24,000 nt of DNA from Geosporobacter subterraneus DSM 17957 (lineage in GTDB: Bacteria; Bacillota; Clostridia; Peptostreptococcales; Thermotaleaceae): assembly GCF_900142145.1 (NCBI RefSeq), contig NZ_FQZV01000042.1:1-24000 (forward strand), read 5' to 3'. Position numbers and translations under genes: made by a program. Under the pieces are notes generated by a model. That model was given only the letters and a program-made list of their open reading frames with translations. It did no database searches and was not told the DNA's origin. The first letter of the stretch is position 1. Each line of letters begins with the position of its first letter. Positions 21,360 through 24,000 of this stretch are shown in pieces.

Positions 21360-22205
21360 CTACTCGATAATATAGCTTATTCCCAAAGCTTTCTTACCGC
21401 AGTGGCTTGATATTACACAACCGGCATTTGTTACTTCAACATTTCCTACATTAAATCTGTTATGTATTTCTTGTTTTATATGCACTGCATCCTCTTCTGC
21501 AAAGGAGTTTACCACAAATAATCTGCTGGTATCTATTCTTTCAACATCACGTTGGACCTGCTGCAGCAGGGAGGATATTACCTTTTTTCGCCCTCGCTGT
21601 TTATCGTATACAGTGATCTTTCCGTCTACAAGCTTTGTAATTGGCTTGATCTGAAGCATGCTGCCCACAAGCCCCTGTATGGCGGAACACCTTCCCCCTT
21701 TGTAAAGGTACTCAAAGGTGTCAATGGTAAAATAAGTAGTGACCTTTGGAACCATTTCTCTCATAGACTCCGCTATTTCTCCTGCTGCCAGACCTTCTCT
21801 TATCATGTCTGCTGCTTTCATCACCAGTATTCCTACCCCGGTAGACAAATTCAACGAATCGATCACATTTACCCTTCCCTCCGGAAACTCCTGGGCTGCC
21901 AGCAAAGCGTTTTGTATAGTTGAGGACAGCTGAGAGGATAATCCAATATAAAGGATATCCTTTCCCTCATCGATAAAAGGTTTGAATGCCTCATAGAAAT
22001 CGGCAGGCGTTGGGGCTGCGGTCTTAGGAAGCACGCCCAACTCCTCCACCTTGCTGTACAGTTCTGAGGTATCCATATCTATACTGTCCTTGTAGCTTAG
22101 CCCGTTAAAGATAATATATAAGGGCACTACGGAGATATCATGTTCTGCAAGCATTTCTCTAGACAGATCACAGGTACTATCGGTAAATAGTTTCACATTA
22201 TTCAT
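21360..22205 (-). CDS. DegV-family fatty-acid-binding protein (281 aa)
   Basis: KLFTDSTCDLSREMLAEHDISVVPLYI opening, length and overall pattern are typical of DegV/EDD-fold proteins. Confidence 0.9.
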   Translation of the reverse strand: MNNVKLFTDSTCDLSREMLAEHDISVVPLYIIFNGLSYKDSIDMDTSELYSKVEELGVLPKTAAPTPADFYEAFKPFIDEGKDILYIGLSSQLSSTIQNALLAAQEFPEGRVNVIDSLNLSTGVGILVMKAADMIREGLAAGEIAESMREMVPKVTTYFTIDTFEYLYKGGRCSAIQGLVGSMLQIKPITKLVDGKITVYDKQRGRKKVISSLLQQVQRDVERIDTSRLFVVNSFAEEDAVHIKQEIHNRFNVGNVEVTNAGCVISSHCGKKALGISYIIE

Positions 22206-22250
22206 ATTGCTCTCCTTTAACTATCATTTTTTTTACTATTCCGTCCCTAG

Positions 22251-22390
22251 TATAGATGTGTGATTAAGAAATTTAACATCCAGTGGAACGGCACAGGGGC
22301 CGTTCCCTACGTAAACCTTAACAGAAATGTAGGGATCGACGCCCTCGTCATTCCGAATATTCATTAGTCTTCTCAGTCACTATCTAGATA
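22251..22390. repeat. REPIN/MITE-like element (copy 2), inverted relative to 15764-15901
   Basis: REP modules GGAACGGCACAGGGGCCGTTCCCTAC (22285-22310) and GTAGGGATCGACGCCCTCGTCATTCC (22329-22354). Ends TATAGATGTGTGATTAAG / CTCAGTCACTATCTAGATA. The reverse complement aligns with copy 1 over its whole length with scattered substitutions. Confidence 0.75.
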
Positions 22391-22392
22391 AC

Positions 22393-22722
22393 CTAGGATG
22401 CTTTTAGCTGACTATTCTCCAGCAAATATTTCTCCCTGCACTCCCAGCTGCAAAAGTAATGGGTTTTCCCGGGACCATCAATGATCAGGTATGCCTGATC
22501 TTCCGGCATATACACTTTGCAGCATTCCACTTCAACCATATCTACGATGCTTTCCCTATGGGTGCGTATCTCTTCTGCCAAGTTTCTCTTTTCTTCTGTT
22601 TTATCAGGTCTATGCCCATTATCCTTTGGTGTATTGGTCCGCAGCAGTCCAACCTTTTTTAAGATATGTTGAACCATCATCCACAATACAACCATCCACA
22701 TCAATTGAAAAAATGCATTCAT
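22393..22722 (-). CDS. Small membrane-anchored TRASH/YHS-type metal-binding-domain protein (109 aa)
   Basis: One N-terminal TM (MNAFFQLMWMVVLWMMV). C-terminal C-X22-C-X3-C (CKVYMPEDQAYLIIDGPGKTHYFCSWEC) fits the TRASH motif. Start set to ATG 22722, 7 nt after AGGGGG. The longer track ORF overlaps the RR gene. Confidence 0.6.
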   Translation of the reverse strand: MNAFFQLMWMVVLWMMVQHILKKVGLLRTNTPKDNGHRPDKTEEKRNLAEEIRTHRESIVDMVEVECCKVYMPEDQAYLIIDGPGKTHYFCSWECREKYLLENSQLKAS

Positions 22723-22763
22723 CCTCATTCCCCCTGACTTCATGACATTTTTTAACCCTTTTA

Positions 22764-23453
22764 TTACCCCTTGAATCGATATCCAGAACCCCAAAGAGTT
22801 TCAATATATCTCGGATTGGAGGGGTCCCGCTCAATTTTCTCCCGAATCTTCCGGATATGCACTACTACTGTTGCGATATCCCCGGTGGAGTCCCATCCCC
22901 ATATCTTTTCAAATATTTCATCTTTACTAAATACCCTCTCGGGATTTTGGGCCAACAGACATAGCAGGTCGAACTCCTTTGTAGTCAACAGCTTTTCTTC
23001 CTGATCTATAAAAACCCTTCTTGAGGCTTTATCAATGTGCAAACTGCCTATGACAATTTGCTCCTTTTTACTATCATCTCCGGAAGTCAATCTTTCAAAT
23101 CTTGAGATATGTGCCTTCACCCTTGCTACCAGCTCACTTGGACTAAAGGGTTTGGTCACATAATCATCAGCACCCAAGCCCAGACCTCGGATTTTATCAA
23201 TATCTTCTTTTTTGGCAGATACCATTAGTATAGGGATATCTTTTTTCAGCCGGATCTGCTTGCAAATCTCAAAGCCATCCTTCCCGGGCAGCATAAGATC
23301 TAGGATTACCAGATCATAGTGATCCTCTAAGGCCTTTCTTAGTCCATCATCCCCTGTAGTTTCTATGTCTACCTTGAATTGATTGATTTCCAGATAGTCT
23401 TTTTGCAGCTCTGCAATGCTGATATCATCTTCTATGATGAGTATTTTCTTCAT
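22764..23453 (-). CDS. OmpR/PhoB-family response regulator (229 aa)
   Basis: MKKILIIEDD, DLVILDLMLPG (phospho-Asp), KPF, and C-terminal winged-helix LTTKEFDLLCLLAQNP...IETLWGSGYRF. Confidence 0.95.
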   Translation of the reverse strand: MKKILIIEDDISIAELQKDYLEINQFKVDIETTGDDGLRKALEDHYDLVILDLMLPGKDGFEICKQIRLKKDIPILMVSAKKEDIDKIRGLGLGADDYVTKPFSPSELVARVKAHISRFERLTSGDDSKKEQIVIGSLHIDKASRRVFIDQEEKLLTTKEFDLLCLLAQNPERVFSKDEIFEKIWGWDSTGDIATVVVHIRKIREKIERDPSNPRYIETLWGSGYRFKG

Positions 23454-24000
23454 AGAACCTCCTCCTTTGCTGCTTTTCCTAACGTAAAGAAGATACTTGT
23501 GCCCTGGTTAGTCTCACTTTCTATCCAAACCTTTCCCCCATGCTCCTCTATGATTTTCTTAATAATAGCCAGGCCAAGTCCACTACCATAGGTATTCATA
23601 TTTCTAGATGGATCTGCCCGATAGAATTCATCAAAAACGTAGGGCTGTGCTTCCTTTGAGATACCTTTTCCATTATCTCTAAATTCCAGAAGCACCTGAT
23701 CCGCCATCTCTTTAATGCTAATGAAAATGCGGACTTGATTATGTCCTGCATATTTTATAGAGTTGTCTATGATGTTCATGACCACTCTTCTTAGATTGTT
23801 TCCATCTCCAGTGACGATGAGCTCCTTATTAGGATAATCCAACTCCAGTTCTACACCCTTTTTCTGCAGATCAAACTGTAGCTCCTCTCCCATGTCCCTT
23901 ATATAATGGACGATATCAAAGGCCTTAAAATCAAAGCTGTACTTTTGTAGATCCAGTTTGGAATAAAAAAATAGATCATCGATTAATTCGTTCATATCCT
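23450..24000 (-). CDS. Sensor histidine kinase, C-terminal part (5' end outside the window)
   Basis: HATPase_c N-box (MNIIDNSIKYA), G1 (FRDNGKGI), F (FDEFYR) and G2 (GSGLGLAI) boxes. ATGA overlap with the RR gene. The ORF is still open at 24000. Confidence 0.9.
   Translation of the reverse strand, partial: DMNELIDDLFFYSKLDLQKYSFDFKAFDIVHYIRDMGEELQFDLQKKGVELELDYPNKELIVTGDGNNLRRVVMNIIDNSIKYAGHNQVRIFISIKEMADQVLLEFRDNGKGISKEAQPYVFDEFYRADPSRNMNTYGSGLGLAIIKKIIEEHGGKVWIESETNQGTSIFFTLGKAAKEEVL

Noticed and set aside
15764-22390. Composite transposon bounded by the two inverted REPIN-like copies
   Set aside because: There is no transposase, integrase or recombinase gene inside or next to the segment. 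The flanking copies are small non-coding repeats of a dispersed family, and no convincing target-site duplication was seen. The idea is retained only as a possible recombination substrate.
22619-22834. 71-aa minus-strand ORF, and the 5' extension of 22393-22794 overlapping the response-regulator gene
   Set aside because: Both overlap the 3' end of the well-supported RR gene in other frames. The TRASH-protein start at 22722 has a properly spaced AGGGGG RBS, so the extensions are unnecessary.
1-24000. Global reassignment of TGA (genetic code 4 or 25) as the explanation for the three in-frame TGAs
   Set aside because: All long genes (for example the 703-, 631-, 469- and 420-aa proteins) are TGA-free under the standard code. 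Trp is encoded by TGG throughout. TGA still terminates two ATGA-coupled genes. The in-frame TGAs are therefore gene-specific (Sec or nonsense), not a code change.

Overview
The window looks like a low-GC Firmicutes (Clostridia-like) chromosome. Evidence: strong AGGAGG-type ribosome-binding sites, intrinsic terminators and the gene content. Most genes are on the minus strand.

Gene content, left to right:
1. A REP-like repeat cluster (1-280).
2. An HD-domain hydrolase, a class-I glutamine-amidotransferase-like hydrolase, and a PFK-family phosphofructokinase that may be PPi-dependent.
3. A six-gene sugar/polyol PTS operon (3219-11228): mannitol-family EIICB, an MtlR-type PRD regulator, a second paralogous EIICBA, 1-phosphofructokinase, a SorE-like Zn-dehydrogenase and a dedicated HPr. 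There is no mtlD.
4. A thiol/metal-type cluster (11662-14246): ArsR regulator, NifX/NifB-like protein, a two-subunit permease and a HesB-like selenoprotein. The selenoprotein's in-frame UGA splits it, so the six-frame ORF track shows only its C-terminal 64 aa.
5. A GyrI-like protein preceded by a TfoX C-terminal-domain ORF that is also interrupted by one in-frame TGA. This ORF is absent from the ORF track.
6. uppP, a secreted hypothetical protein, an AraC/GyrI-like regulator, ybaK, two AT-rich orphan genes, a gutted diguanylate-cyclase remnant and DegV.
7. A TRASH-domain membrane protein, an OmpR-family response regulator and a histidine kinase that runs off the window end.

Three intergenic loci carry related GTAG-plus-hairpin (REP/REPIN-like) modules. 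A separate miniature inverted-repeat element sits inside a terminator-like hairpin between the NifX-like gene and the permease genes.

The most interesting leads are the second in-frame-TGA gene (candidate new selenoprotein or fresh pseudogene), the Cys-tail-rich ArsR/NifX/permease/HesB-Sec cluster, and the non-canonical Mtl-type PTS pathway. All functional calls come from motif recognition by eye; no database search was possible.
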